From the NCBI GenBank assembly GCA_046049845.1, contig JBJOQP010000001.1:27824-91823 (forward strand): 64,000 bases of DNA. The letters run 5' to 3'. The DNA comes from Actinomycetota bacterium. GTDB taxonomy: Bacteria; Actinomycetota; Actinomycetes; Actinomycetales; Microbacteriaceae. The notes below the pieces were generated by a model that saw nothing but the letters and a program-made list of their open reading frames with translations, did no database searches and was not told the origin of the DNA. Both the position numbers and the translations under genes were made by a program. Of the stretch, positions 30,390-40,832 are shown piece after piece; within the stretch, counting starts at the first letter, position 1; each line of letters opens with the position of its first letter.

Positions 30390-32012
30390 ATGTCCTTAGA
30401 ACTAAAAGAGAAAGCACTAGCCTGGCTCAACCAAGATCCAGATCCAGAAACTAGAGCTGAACTACAAGCACTCTTAGACAACACTGACTTAGATGGCCTG
30501 ACAAGCAGATTCCACACTCGACTAGAGTTCGGTACCGCTGGTCTTCGAGGAGAACTTGGGGCAGGCCCTAACCGCATGAATAGGGTGCTGGTTGCTCAAA
30601 CAGCAGCGGGCCTTGGCAATTACCTGCTTAGTCAAAACAAAACAGCAAGTGTTGTTATTGGTTTTGATGGCCGAGTGAACAGCGATGTATTCGCTAAAGA
30701 CTCTGCTGAAGTATTAGCCGGTATGGGTATTGAAGTATTACTCCTGGATCAAATGGGTCCAACTCCTCTTGTTTCTTATGCAACTAGAGCACTAGGTATG
30801 AGTGCTGGCATCATGGTCACCGCTTCTCACAATCCACCAAGAGATAACGGATACAAGGTCTATCTAGGTGGAGACTTCAATGGCTCACAAATCATTTCTC
30901 CAGTTGATAATCAAATTGCCGCAGAGATAGCAAAGATTGCAGAAACACAAACTTTCGATTCACTAAAGAAATCATCTGAATACAAACTCATTGGTGAAGA
31001 GATTAGAGCTGCCTATCTAAAGAGTGCTCTTAAAGCAGGTGGAAAATCAGATGGTACTCCCCTAAAGATTGTCTACACACCTATGCACGGTGTTGGCTGG
31101 TCAAGCATTGAATCACTCTTTGAATCAGCTGGATCAGAAAAACTAATTCCTGTTCCGGAGCAAGTAGTCCCAGATGGTAGCTTCCCAACAGTTGCTTTTC
31201 CTAATCCAGAAGAAAAAGGTGCTCTGGATTTAGCTATGGCTTTAGCTCAATCTCAAGACGCTGATCTAATTATTGCTAATGACCCAGATGCAGACAGAGT
31301 AGCAGTAGCTCTACCAACGACTGATGGCTGGCAACGACTTACAGGAGATCAGGTTGGGCTAATCCTGGCTGATGAGATTGCTAGTAAGGCAACTACCGGA
31401 ACACTGGCCTGCAGTATTGTCTCCAGTTCAGTTTTAGCCAAGGTAGCGGCCCACTCCGGTCTTGAATTCAAAGCCACACTCACAGGTTTCAAATGGATCT
31501 CGAAGGTTCCTAACCTAATATTTGGCTACGAAGAAGCTCTCGGCTACTGCATTGATCCAGAGCAGGTTGCCGATAAGGATGGAGTCAGCGCTGCCCTCAT
31601 GCTTGCCAACATAGCCAGAAGAGAAAAGGCTAAGGGTAGAACTCTCTGGGATCTTCTAGATGAATTAGGTCAACGTTATGGTTTTTATGCCACTGGGCAG
31701 ATTTCTATCCGAGTAAGCGACATCAGCATTATTGGCAAAGCAATGCAGAGCATCAGAACTAGCCCTCCAAAAGAACTAGCAGGATTAGAAACCACATTTA
31801 GCGACATGAGCTTAGGTAGCAAAGACCTAATGCCTACCGATGGTTTGAGATTTGACCTTGCCGATGGCAGACGAGTGATTATTCGACCAAGTGGAACTGA
31901 GCCAAAGCTCAAGTGTTATCTAGAAGCTGTTTCAGATTCTAAAGAAAGTGCTCAAGCACTTCTAGATGCTCTAGAGCAGAGCTGCAGAGAGCTTCTCGCG
32001 GATTTCAGTTAG
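30390..32012 (+). CDS. Phospho-sugar mutase (PGM2-like)
   Basis: FGTAGLRG, TASHNPP, DPDADR, GYEEALG, RPSGTEPKLK. Confidence 0.88.
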   Translation: MSLELKEKALAWLNQDPDPETRAELQALLDNTDLDGLTSRFHTRLEFGTAGLRGELGAGPNRMNRVLVAQTAAGLGNYLLSQNKTASVVIGFDGRVNSDVFAKDSAEVLAGMGIEVLLLDQMGPTPLVSYATRALGMSAGIMVTASHNPPRDNGYKVYLGGDFNGSQIISPVDNQIAAEIAKIAETQTFDSLKKSSEYKLIGEEIRAAYLKSALKAGGKSDGTPLKIVYTPMHGVGWSSIESLFESAGSEKLIPVPEQVVPDGSFPTVAFPNPEEKGALDLAMALAQSQDADLIIANDPDADRVAVALPTTDGWQRLTGDQVGLILADEIASKATTGTLACSIVSSSVLAKVAAHSGLEFKATLTGFKWISKVPNLIFGYEEALGYCIDPEQVADKDGVSAALMLANIARREKAKGRTLWDLLDELGQRYGFYATGQISIRVSDISIIGKAMQSIRTSPPKELAGLETTFSDMSLGSKDLMPTDGLRFDLADGRRVIIRPSGTEPKLKCYLEAVSDSKESAQALLDALEQSCRELLADFS

Positions 32013-32243
32013 ATCAAAGACATGCTCGATTGGGACAATCTTCCCAGGCATGCCTTCAAGTAAGACAACTAGTTCTGGGGTAGTCAGAATGATGTCTGCA
32101 CCTTCCCCATCGCGCTTAGCCTTGGTGATGTCAGCTGCTAGTACTTCTGCTTCAATACCCATGGCTTCAAGAACTTTTTCGGCGTTCATTTTTAGTAGCA
32201 CTGACGTACCAATGCCCATTCCACAAACCGAAAGTATCTTCAC
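31971..32243 (-). CDS. PTS EIIB component (galactitol/ascorbate type)
   Basis: KILSVCGMGIGTS phospho-Cys loop. Confidence 0.88.
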   Translation of the reverse strand: MKILSVCGMGIGTSVLLKMNAEKVLEAMGIEAEVLAADITKAKRDGEGADIILTTPELVVLLEGMPGKIVPIEHVFDLTEIREKLSAALL

Positions 32244-32252
32244 TACCCCAGT

Positions 32253-32699
32253 TTAACTAAGGTAAGTGCGAACTTCGCTCTCATTCACAGCCTGAGCCAA
32301 GAAGGTTACACTCTCGTTACTCATTAGCAATTCGCTAAGCGCTGCCATCAAATCAATGTGACTATCGTGATCAACTGCCGCTAGACCAATTACTAGTGAC
32401 ACTGGATCATTAGAAGCACTGCCAAACTCAATTGGGGTTGCAAGTGTAACCAGAGATAAACCAGTCTCGATTACCGATGAAGATGGTCGAGCATGAGCAA
32501 GTGCAATACCAGGGGCGACAACCATATATGGTCCAAGGTCTTCAAAAGCCTGAATCATGTCTTGGGTGTATTGAGCGGTTGTTCTATTGCTTTCAACTAG
32601 AGCAGCACCCGCTACTTCAAAGCTTTCTTTCCAATTGACACAAGTTTGCTGAAGCTTTATGGATCCTTGTCCCAGAGCCTTCAACAACACTGAGTTCAT
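32253..32699 (-). CDS. PTS EIIA component (fructose/mannitol/ascorbate fold)
   Basis: GPYMVVAPGIALAHARP phospho-His motif; FGS.SNDPV; HIDLMAAL. Confidence 0.9.
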   Translation of the reverse strand: MNSVLLKALGQGSIKLQQTCVNWKESFEVAGAALVESNRTTAQYTQDMIQAFEDLGPYMVVAPGIALAHARPSSSVIETGLSLVTLATPIEFGSASNDPVSLVIGLAAVDHDSHIDLMAALSELLMSNESVTFLAQAVNESEVRTYLS

Positions 32700-32701
32700 C
32701 G

Positions 32702-33790
32702 TTAGTGAGCAGCCTCAAATGCATCTGAAATGCGTTCGATGATTTCGGCCCTAACATCCATGTCCATGAAACCTGCGTTAGCAGCATTTAGCTGGAACAG
32801 TTCAAGATCGTCTAGGTCATAACCAAAGGTTTCACTTAGAAGCTCAAGTTCACGAGTCAAAGTAGTTCCACTCATCAAGCGGTTATCGGTGTTCACAGTT
32901 ACGTTGAAGCCAAGACCGTAAAGAATGTCGAATGGGTGATCACTCATCTGAGGCTGATCAATGTCAGGTAGGGCACCTGTTTGTAGGTTTGATGAAGGGC
33001 TCAGTTCCAAGGCAATGCCACGCTCTAGAACCCAAGCAGCAATATCTCCAAATGCCTTCTGGTTCTCATCTTCAGCATCAACAAAGATGTCTTCAATGAT
33101 GCGAACTCCGTGACCCAATCTAAGTGTTCTGCCATCAACAAGAGCATCCTTGATTGAGTCCTTGCCTGCTCCTTCTCCAGCGTGAAGGGTAACCGGCATC
33201 AACTGTTCATTAAGCCACTTGAATGCACCTGCGTGACGAGATGGGCTAAAGCCTGACTCAGGTCCTGCGTAGTCGAAACCAACTACTCCGCGGTCGCGGT
33301 AAGCAACAGCTAGTTCAGCAATCTTCTGAGCATTGTCGTTCTGTCTCATAGCAGTTACCAGCTGACCTGTTACGAGGTAGCCGCCGTTAGCAGCAACTTC
33401 TGCTCTACCCTGGCTTAGACCTTCTTCAACGTATTCAACAACTTCTTCTAGGGTTAGACCCTTTTCCAAGTGCTGCTCTGGTGCGTAGCGAACTTCACCG
33501 TAGATAACTCCATCAGCGGCTAGATCTAGAGCAAACTCTCTAGCCACTCTGATAAGGCCTTCTTTGGTCTGCATAACAGCACAGGTGTGTACGAATGTCT
33601 CAAGGTATCTCTCTAGAGAACCAGAGTCACAAGACTCTAGGAACCAGTCGCGGAGATCTCTGGCATTGTCTGCAGGAAGTTCATGCCCGATCTCTTTAGC
33701 CAAATCAATAATGGTTTGAGGACGTAGGCCACCGTCTAGGTGATCGTGCAGTGAGACTTTAGGCAGGGACTGGATGTTTAGTTTAGACAT
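32702..33790 (-). CDS. add: Adenosine deaminase
   Basis: LHDHLDGG, GFDYAGPE, HAGE, RLGHG, NTDN; start moved to MSKLN at 33790. Confidence 0.93.
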   Translation of the reverse strand: MSKLNIQSLPKVSLHDHLDGGLRPQTIIDLAKEIGHELPADNARDLRDWFLESCDSGSLERYLETFVHTCAVMQTKEGLIRVAREFALDLAADGVIYGEVRYAPEQHLEKGLTLEEVVEYVEEGLSQGRAEVAANGGYLVTGQLVTAMRQNDNAQKIAELAVAYRDRGVVGFDYAGPESGFSPSRHAGAFKWLNEQLMPVTLHAGEGAGKDSIKDALVDGRTLRLGHGVRIIEDIFVDAEDENQKAFGDIAAWVLERGIALELSPSSNLQTGALPDIDQPQMSDHPFDILYGLGFNVTVNTDNRLMSGTTLTRELELLSETFGYDLDDLELFQLNAANAGFMDMDVRAEIIERISDAFEAAH

Positions 33791-33803
33791 TATTCGTTTC
33801 TCT

Positions 33804-35093
33804 TTAGGCGTTGATACGGTCAAGGATAAGCGGTGTGAAGCCTGATGAGATTTCACTCTCAATCTTGATTCCACCAGATAGAGCCTCAATTGCTCTATCA
33901 AAGCGTTCTGGTTCATCTGTATAAAGGGTCAGAAGCGGAGCTCCCTTTTCGATCTTCTCTCCACGTTTAGCGTGCAGAATGATTCCGGCTCCGAACTGTA
34001 CTGGATCTTCTTTACGAGCACGTCCAGCACCTAGACGCCATGATGCTGTCCCAACTGCAAGAGCATCTAGCTCGTTCACATAACCTGAGCTTTCCGCCAG
34101 GATGGTGTGCTCGTGCTTAGCAACCTGAAGCTTTGCTGTCGGATCTCCATGCTGAGCTCTAATCATTTCGTTCCACTTGTCCATGGCACGACCGTCATTC
34201 AAAGCCGCAGCGACATCAACATCGGTCCTACCTGATAGACGAAGCATCTCTCTGGCTAGCTCAACAGTGATATCAATTAGGTCCTGAGAACCGCCACCGG
34301 CAAGTACTTCGACTGCCTCATCAACTTCAAGAGCGTTACCGACTTTGCGACCAAGAGGGGTGGACATGTCTGTAAGCAGAGCACTGGTCTTCACACCCGC
34401 ATCTGCTCCTAGCTGAGTGAGCACCTGAGCCAGTTCTTGTGCTCGCTCTAGTGTCTTCATGAAAGCACCTGAGCCAACTTTGACATCTAGAACAAGAGCA
34501 GAGGTGCCCTCAGCGATCTTCTTACTCATGATTGAGCTAGCAATAAGTGGAATAGCTTCAACAGTTCCTGTTACATCTCTAAGTGCATAGAGTTTCTTAT
34601 CCGCTGGAGCAAGACCTGCTCCAGCAGCACAAATAACAGCATTAACCTTCTCTAGCTGGTCATGCATCTGTTGATTAGAAAGAGATGCCTGCCAGCCTGG
34701 AATAGCCTCTAGCTTGTCTAAAGTTCCACCGGTGTGACCAAGGCCTCGACCACTTAGCTGAGGCACTGCAACACCGAAGACTGCAACTAGTGGAGCAAGC
34801 ATCAAGGTAATCTTGTCGCCAACACCACCGGTTGAGTGCTTGTCAGCAGTTGGAACTGTGAGAGATGAGAAGTCCAATCTTTCGCCTGAGGCAATCATTG
34901 CCAAGGTGAGATCTCTAATCTCTCTTCTGTTCATACCGTTGAGCAAGATAGCCATTGCCATTGCAGACATTTGCTCGTCTGCAACAACACCTGAGGTGTA
35001 ATTGGCTACTAGCCAATTGATTTGCTCGGTAGAAAGCTCTTGTTTCTCTCGCTTAGCAACAATTAGTTCAACTGCGGAAAATTCTTTAGACAA
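33804..35093 (-). CDS. deoA: Thymidine/pyrimidine-nucleoside phosphorylase
   Basis: DKHSTGGVGDK, SGRGLGHTGGTLDKLE, SIMSKK, DVKVGSGAFMK. Confidence 0.95.
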   Translation of the reverse strand: MSKEFSAVELIVAKREKQELSTEQINWLVANYTSGVVADEQMSAMAMAILLNGMNRREIRDLTLAMIASGERLDFSSLTVPTADKHSTGGVGDKITLMLAPLVAVFGVAVPQLSGRGLGHTGGTLDKLEAIPGWQASLSNQQMHDQLEKVNAVICAAGAGLAPADKKLYALRDVTGTVEAIPLIASSIMSKKIAEGTSALVLDVKVGSGAFMKTLERAQELAQVLTQLGADAGVKTSALLTDMSTPLGRKVGNALEVDEAVEVLAGGGSQDLIDITVELAREMLRLSGRTDVDVAAALNDGRAMDKWNEMIRAQHGDPTAKLQVAKHEHTILAESSGYVNELDALAVGTASWRLGAGRARKEDPVQFGAGIILHAKRGEKIEKGAPLLTLYTDEPERFDRAIEALSGGIKIESEISSGFTPLILDRINA

Positions 35094-35100
35094 TTAGTTC

Positions 35101-35520
35101 CTAGTTTCTTTCATCAGCGCCGAAACCTTCGGCTAGGTCACGTGGACCAAATGCATCAGGAAGGACCTGATCGATTGTTTTGATGCCTGACACTGTCTGC
35201 AAGAGCATTCCCTCACTTGAGTGTTCAAACAGAAGTTGGCGACATCTACCGCAAGGCATCAGAATGTTTTCTGCTCCATCAACACAATAGAAAGCAACTA
35301 GCTTTCCACCGCCAGTCATGCTCAAGTTGCTAACCAAACCACATTCAGCACAGAGGCCAACACCGTAACTTGCATTTTCAACGTTGCAACCAGAAACAAT
35401 ACGACCATCATCGACTAGAGCAGCAGCTCCAACTGGATAGTGGCTGTATGGAGCGTAAGCGTTTTTCATTGCAGCAATAGCCGCAGCCTTCAACGCACTC
35501 CAGTCGATCTCTTGAGACAT
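35101..35520 (-). CDS. cdd: Cytidine deaminase
   Basis: AYAPYS, GCNVENASY, CAE, PCGRCRQ. Confidence 0.95.
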   Translation of the reverse strand: MSQEIDWSALKAAAIAAMKNAYAPYSHYPVGAAALVDDGRIVSGCNVENASYGVGLCAECGLVSNLSMTGGGKLVAFYCVDGAENILMPCGRCRQLLFEHSSEGMLLQTVSGIKTIDQVLPDAFGPRDLAEGFGADERN

Positions 35521-35524
35521 GTAT

Positions 35525-36805
35525 TTAGCCCTTTACGTAAGGTTGACCGGAAGCGGCAGGAGGCTTTACTTTTCCAGCAAAACCAGCAACTGCTACCAGA
35601 GTCACAAGATAAGGAACCATGGTGATGAAGTCCACTGGAATACCAGGAGAAACCTGGTTAGCCCAAACCTTGAGAATGATTGTGAAGCCGAAGAGCAATG
35701 CTCCTAGGGTCACATAGATTGGCTGCCAACGACCGAGGATTACAACCGCTAGGGCAATAAATCCAAGACCAGCAGACATTTCACGTCCGAATGAACCTAC
35801 GTTTCCAAGAGTTAGCGATGCTCCACCGAGACCAGCAACTGCTCCACCGATAGTTACCCACCAGAATCTTGTTCTAGCAACGTTGATACCGACTGTGTCA
35901 GCAGCTAGCGGGTGCTCACCAACGGCTCTTGCTCTTAGTCCTAGCTTGGTTCTGAACAATACATACCAAAGCAGTGGAACAAGGATAAACATCAAATAAA
36001 CAGTGATTCTGTTATTGAAAAGAACCTGACCTAGAATCGGAATCTCTGACAGGAATGGAATTGCAATCTTGTCGAATGTTCCAGGGAAGTTTAGGTTGAT
36101 GCTGTCATCGTCCACCCACGCTGAGTACAAGAAGTTTGTAACACCAATAACCAAAACGTTTAGCAGCACACCGATGATAATCTGCTCGACTAGGTACTTA
36201 ATTGCAAGAGATGCCAACACTGTTGATAGCAAGGCTGCAGCAATCATCGCTGCAATCATTCCAACGTAAAGATTGCCAGTGATAGTTCCAACGATTGCTG
36301 AAACAAAAGCTCCAGTTAGAAGCTGTCCTTCAATTGCAATGTTCACAACACCGACGCGCTCTGACATGATGCCCGCCATACCACCGAAGATAAGTGGGAT
36401 TGCTAGAACCAATGTGTTTCCAAGAATGAAAATCATCTGAACACCTTGGGTAGCTTCAGTAGCTAGCCATCCTAGAAGAGCCATCATCGCTCCAAGAGAG
36501 TAGATAGCAATTAGCCAGACTGGAGTCTTAACTCCGCGAATGCTCAATGCAACTGAAAGCAAACCAATCATCAGTAGCAAAGCTCCGACAAGTGTGCAGA
36601 AGAACATTGAGTTGACTACAAATGGAGGCAACTGCAAAGCTTCACGCTTGTCGCTCCAAACAAAACTGATGTCGCCAGCTTTACCTAGAAAACCAAAGAA
36701 AACAATAACGACCATTGCGGCAGCAACCAGGGTAATCGGAGTTTTTAGGCTCGGCTTAACCACTGCGGAAGAGAACATTCCGGGGGTGACTTCTACATTT
36801 TTCAT
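35525..36805 (-). CDS. Nucleoside ABC transporter permease (NupC-like)
   Basis: SERVGVVNIAIEG, RAVGEHP.AADTVGI, GFIALA. Confidence 0.88.
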   Translation of the reverse strand: MKNVEVTPGMFSSAVVKPSLKTPITLVAAAMVVIVFFGFLGKAGDISFVWSDKREALQLPPFVVNSMFFCTLVGALLLMIGLLSVALSIRGVKTPVWLIAIYSLGAMMALLGWLATEATQGVQMIFILGNTLVLAIPLIFGGMAGIMSERVGVVNIAIEGQLLTGAFVSAIVGTITGNLYVGMIAAMIAAALLSTVLASLAIKYLVEQIIIGVLLNVLVIGVTNFLYSAWVDDDSINLNFPGTFDKIAIPFLSEIPILGQVLFNNRITVYLMFILVPLLWYVLFRTKLGLRARAVGEHPLAADTVGINVARTRFWWVTIGGAVAGLGGASLTLGNVGSFGREMSAGLGFIALAVVILGRWQPIYVTLGALLFGFTIILKVWANQVSPGIPVDFITMVPYLVTLVAVAGFAGKVKPPAASGQPYVKG

Positions 36806-38049
36806 TACTTGATCACCTTCGCTGCTTTAGCCTTCTGAGTTGCTTCAAAAACCTTTGGTCCTGGTACCGGCAATCGGTAGAAGGCTCTAATGATTGGTGG
36901 AGCGGCAATGAATAGAACAATCAGTGCCTTGACAACACCAAGAACTTCAGGGGAAACACCAGCAACCTGCATAGTTGCAGATCCTGCCTTGAATGCACCG
37001 AACAGCAGTCCAGCCATTACAACTCCACCAGCTCTTGAGCCACCTAGAAGTGCAACGGTGATTGCGTCAAAACCAATACCTGCTTCAATGCTTGTGGTTA
37101 GACCACCGTCAACGCTTAGCCCCTGGTTAGCAGCTGCTAAACCAGAGAATCCTGCTGAAATAGCCAGTGCCCAAACAAATGTGTTTTCTACTTTGATACC
37201 TGCAGCTCTTGCTGCAGAAGGGTTGTGCCCAACCATTCTGAATCTAAATCCGAAGGTTGATTTCTCCATTAGCCACCAGTAGAAAACAACTGCTAGGACA
37301 GCAAAGATCAATCCGTAGTGAAGCTGGAAGTCTGGACCAAATAGCAAACCTAGGCGAGCAGTGTCATCTGGGTTGTCAGACTTAGGAGTTCCACCTCCGC
37401 CTTCTTCTAGAAGAAGTTCCGGCTGTCTCAATAAGTATGTGAACAAAGACAGTGCAACGTAGTTCAACATGATTGTCACGATTACTTCGTGAGCACCGGT
37501 TTTAGCTTTCAGAACACCAACAATCATTCCCCAGACCATCGCACAAACAACAGCAGCGAATACCGCTACAAGCATGTGGATGATGATTGGCATCTCTAGA
37601 CGTGTTGCAACGAATGTTGAACCAGCTAGACCTACAAGAATCTGCCCAGTAGAACCGATGTTGAATAGACCAACTCGGAAAGTTAGAGCTACGCCTAGAC
37701 CCGCCATGATTAGTGGAGCTGCGAATCTTAGAGTTTCAGTGAATGGACGGATTGCAGTGACAAAACTGTCTGCACCGAAGTTCAGAATAGAACCAGAGAA
37801 TAGAGCTCCATAACCATCCTGGATAGTCCACCAAACAGTTGACAGAGCCATGCTCGGATCTGCCCCAAAGTTACCCCAGGCCTTCACAACGCTCTTGTCA
37901 AAGACCACCATGAAGATAGCTCCGATGATGAAGCCAAGGAGAACAGATAAAGCAATTCTTACTGGATCGCCCGCCATGATTTCATGAAGGACTTTAGTTG
38001 CTTTATCTTGTGAAGACTGTTCTACTGCTACTTCTTTTTTCTTACTCAT
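36805..38049 (-). CDS. Nucleoside ABC transporter permease (NupB-like)
   Basis: GLFNIG..GQ, HEVIVTIMLNY, GFDAITVALLG. Confidence 0.88.
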   Translation of the reverse strand: MSKKKEVAVEQSSQDKATKVLHEIMAGDPVRIALSVLLGFIIGAIFMVVFDKSVVKAWGNFGADPSMALSTVWWTIQDGYGALFSGSILNFGADSFVTAIRPFTETLRFAAPLIMAGLGVALTFRVGLFNIGSTGQILVGLAGSTFVATRLEMPIIIHMLVAVFAAVVCAMVWGMIVGVLKAKTGAHEVIVTIMLNYVALSLFTYLLRQPELLLEEGGGGTPKSDNPDDTARLGLLFGPDFQLHYGLIFAVLAVVFYWWLMEKSTFGFRFRMVGHNPSAARAAGIKVENTFVWALAISAGFSGLAAANQGLSVDGGLTTSIEAGIGFDAITVALLGGSRAGGVVMAGLLFGAFKAGSATMQVAGVSPEVLGVVKALIVLFIAAPPIIRAFYRLPVPGPKVFEATQKAKAAKVIK

Positions 38050-39545
38050 GCTGCAATACCTGCCATCATCTTTCCAAGCTTTTCTCTTGTAGCCTTTGCA
38101 TCAACAATTCCAACTATGCGACCTCGATACATAACAGCAATACGGTCAGCAAGAGCAAGAACTTCATCAAGCTCTGTGGAGATAATCACTACAGTCTTTC
38201 CAGCATCACGAGCGGCAACAATCTGTTCGTGAATGAATTCAATTGACCCAACGTCAACACCACGGGTTGGCTGGGAAGCAATCAAGACTTTTAGGTCTCT
38301 GCTCATTTCTCTAGCAACAACAACTTTCTGCTGGTTACCACCGGATAGTTGTTTGGCTAAGGTGCCTGCAGAAGGTGTGCGAATGTCAAATTCCTGGATT
38401 AGCTTGGCAGCAATCTCGTCACGCTTAGCGAAGTCAATCTGAACACCTTTAGCAAATGGCTTACCGAATGATCCATCAAGCATTAGGTTTTCAGCAATTG
38501 AGAACTCCCCTACAAGACCGTCTTTCTTGCGGTCTTCAGGGATGTAGCCAACACCTGCTTCTAGCACTTCACGTACGTTGCTCTTAGTCAAGTCCTTGCC
38601 TGCGACGGTGATACTTCCGTTGTGGATCTTTCTCAAACCTAGGATGGCTTCAGCCAACTCTGTTTGACCATTTCCTTGGACACCAGCGATAGCCAGAATT
38701 TCACCGTCATGAACAGAGAAACTGATTCCATTAACCATTTGCTGATTACGGTCATCTAGAACAGTTAGGTCTTTGACGACCAACGTTTCAGCACCAAGTT
38801 TGGCAGCGCTCTTCTTGGTGTCAAGGTCAACTTCACGTCCAACCATCAATGAAGCCAGTTCTCCTGCTGTTGCCTTAGGGCTTGCCTCGGAAACAACTTT
38901 TCCTTGACGGATAACAATGATTCGATCTGCTACTTTCTGAACTTCACGAAGTTTGTGGGTAATGAAGATGATTGAGGTTCCGTTTTTGCTAAGGCCTCTC
39001 ATGATCTCCATAAGTTCATCTGTTTCCTGCGGAGTTAACACAGCCGTTGGCTCATCAAGAACAAGAATCTTTGCGTCTCTCGCCAAAGACTTGATGATTT
39101 CAACTCTTTGCTGAGCACCAACAGGAAGGTCTTGAACCTTTGCATCTGGATCAATATCAAATCCAAAACGATCTGAAATTTCTTTCACAAGTTTGCGTGC
39201 TGCCTCAAGATCTAAGTTGCCAACTTTGCCAGTTTGCTCGTGACCTAGAACAACGTTTTCTGCGACAGTAAAAACTGGAATAAGCATGAAGTGTTGGTGA
39301 ACCATTCCAACACCAGCTGCCATCGCATCTCCAGGGCCTGAGAATTTAATGGCTTTATCGTCAATCAAGATTTGACCTTCATCAGGTTGAAGCAATCCGT
39401 AGAGGACGTTCATGAGAGTTGATTTGCCAGCTCCGTTTTCACCAAGGAGGCTGAGGATTTCTCCTGGAGCAAGGGTAAGGCTGATGTTGTCGTTAGCGAC
39501 AAGAGTACCGAAGCGTTTAGTGATGTTCTTGAGTTCAAGCTTCAT
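38046..39545 (-). CDS. Nucleoside ABC transporter ATPase with two NBDs (NupA-like)
   Basis: GENGAGKS, LDEPT, LSGGNQQK, QPTRGVD. Confidence 0.92.
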   Translation of the reverse strand: MKLELKNITKRFGTLVANDNISLTLAPGEILSLLGENGAGKSTLMNVLYGLLQPDEGQILIDDKAIKFSGPGDAMAAGVGMVHQHFMLIPVFTVAENVVLGHEQTGKVGNLDLEAARKLVKEISDRFGFDIDPDAKVQDLPVGAQQRVEIIKSLARDAKILVLDEPTAVLTPQETDELMEIMRGLSKNGTSIIFITHKLREVQKVADRIIVIRQGKVVSEASPKATAGELASLMVGREVDLDTKKSAAKLGAETLVVKDLTVLDDRNQQMVNGISFSVHDGEILAIAGVQGNGQTELAEAILGLRKIHNGSITVAGKDLTKSNVREVLEAGVGYIPEDRKKDGLVGEFSIAENLMLDGSFGKPFAKGVQIDFAKRDEIAAKLIQEFDIRTPSAGTLAKQLSGGNQQKVVVAREMSRDLKVLIASQPTRGVDVGSIEFIHEQIVAARDAGKTVVIISTELDEVLALADRIAVMYRGRIVGIVDAKATREKLGKMMAGIAA

Positions 39546-39617
39546 GTGAGGGTCTGGCTCCTTTGCATTTCCTGAGTACTAATCTACCTCAAGTTTTTAG
39601 AGGCCAGCTTAAAGCAA

Positions 39618-39647
39618 GAACTGCCGAGGCCTAAGCCTCGGCAGTTC
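39618..39647 (-). terminator. Intercistronic stem-loop after the BMP gene (partial terminator or mRNA stabiliser)
   Basis: GAACTGCCGAGGC-ctaa-GCCTCGGCAGTTC, perfect 13-bp stem, followed by TTGCTTT on the minus strand. Confidence 0.75.
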
Positions 39648-39667
39648 CTAAACTACTTGTCTAGTAA

Positions 39668-40711
39668 TTAGCCAAGTGGGTTTACTGAACCATCGATAAT
39701 GCCTGCCTTTAGTTCTGCAAGCTTTGTCTTTAGTGCGTCATCTAGGAACTCTGTCTCTGAGATGTCAGTTCCACCGTTAGCCAATGTACCTGTGTAAGCG
39801 TTGTCCATTCCACCAGCGAAAGCTTCCTTGTCAACTGCAAGTGCCTTCACGATGTCGTAAACTGCTGAACCCATTCTCTTCTCAATTGAGGTAAGAGTTA
39901 GAGGTGCATATTCTGGGCTTGTAACGCTGATGTTCTTGTCAACACCGATCATCTTTGCGTCAACACCTGACTCAGAGATCGCTTCTGAAAGAGCACCGAA
40001 CTGGTCTCCACCAACTGGAACTAGTACGTCTGCGCCAGCTGCTAGGTGACCAGCAGCAATTGTCTTGCCTTCTGGAGCGTTAGGAGCGAATCCACCAATG
40101 AAGTCACCCTGCTGTGTTGTTGCATCCCAACCAAGAACGGTCACTGGTGTGCCTGTCTCAGCTTCGTATGCCTTTGCACCGTAGTAGAAACCATCCATGA
40201 ATGCTGTAACAGCACCGATCTGAAGACCACCGTAAACGCTAACAACCTTTGAAGTTGAGTAGTACGCAGCTGCATAACCAGCTAGGTAGGATGACTCAGC
40301 CATGTTGTAACCAACTGGCTTTAGGTTTGTTGCTCCGTTTGACCAACCATCGATTGTTACGAAGTTAACCTCTGGGTTTGCTTCTGCTGCTGCGTTAACT
40401 GCGTCAACTAGGTTGAAGCCTACTGCGAAGATAACGTCACACTTAGCTGCAACCATTGCGTCTAGGTTTGGAGCGAAGTCTTCTGAAGAGTTTGACTCAG
40501 CTGAGGTTAGTGTTACACCAAACTCGTCTGCTGCCTTCTCCATACCATCCATTACAGATTCGTTGAATGACTTGTCAGCCCATGAACCTTCGTCAGAAAC
40601 ACCACACTCGATGAATCCTGCACCTGGCTTTGCAGCACAGCCTGAAAGAACTAGCAAGCTGGCTGCTGCCATTGCTACTCCTGCTATTGCCTTACGTGAA
40701 ACTTTGTTCAC
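39668..40711 (-). CDS. BMP-family nucleoside-binding lipoprotein
   Basis: Lipobox LSGC; DKSFNES; SYLAGYAAA; IGVD; AGGAGG RBS before GTG 40711. Confidence 0.9.
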   Translation of the reverse strand: MNKVSRKAIAGVAMAAASLLVLSGCAAKPGAGFIECGVSDEGSWADKSFNESVMDGMEKAADEFGVTLTSAESNSSEDFAPNLDAMVAAKCDVIFAVGFNLVDAVNAAAEANPEVNFVTIDGWSNGATNLKPVGYNMAESSYLAGYAAAYYSTSKVVSVYGGLQIGAVTAFMDGFYYGAKAYEAETGTPVTVLGWDATTQQGDFIGGFAPNAPEGKTIAAGHLAAGADVLVPVGGDQFGALSEAISESGVDAKMIGVDKNISVTSPEYAPLTLTSIEKRMGSAVYDIVKALAVDKEAFAGGMDNAYTGTLANGGTDISETEFLDDALKTKLAELKAGIIDGSVNPLG

Positions 40712-40832
40712 TTGTGTCCTCCTGATTTTTTGAGTTGATGCCAATCACCAACCACACACATCTAGACACTACTAGCCCCCAGCGACACTTTTGGCCTCTA
40801 ACGCAAGGTATTTACCTAGGCGTTACAATTCC

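Noticed and set aside
33791-33916. Apparent 113-bp overlap between add and deoA
   Set aside because: Artefact of longest-ORF calling; the likely add start is ATG 33790.
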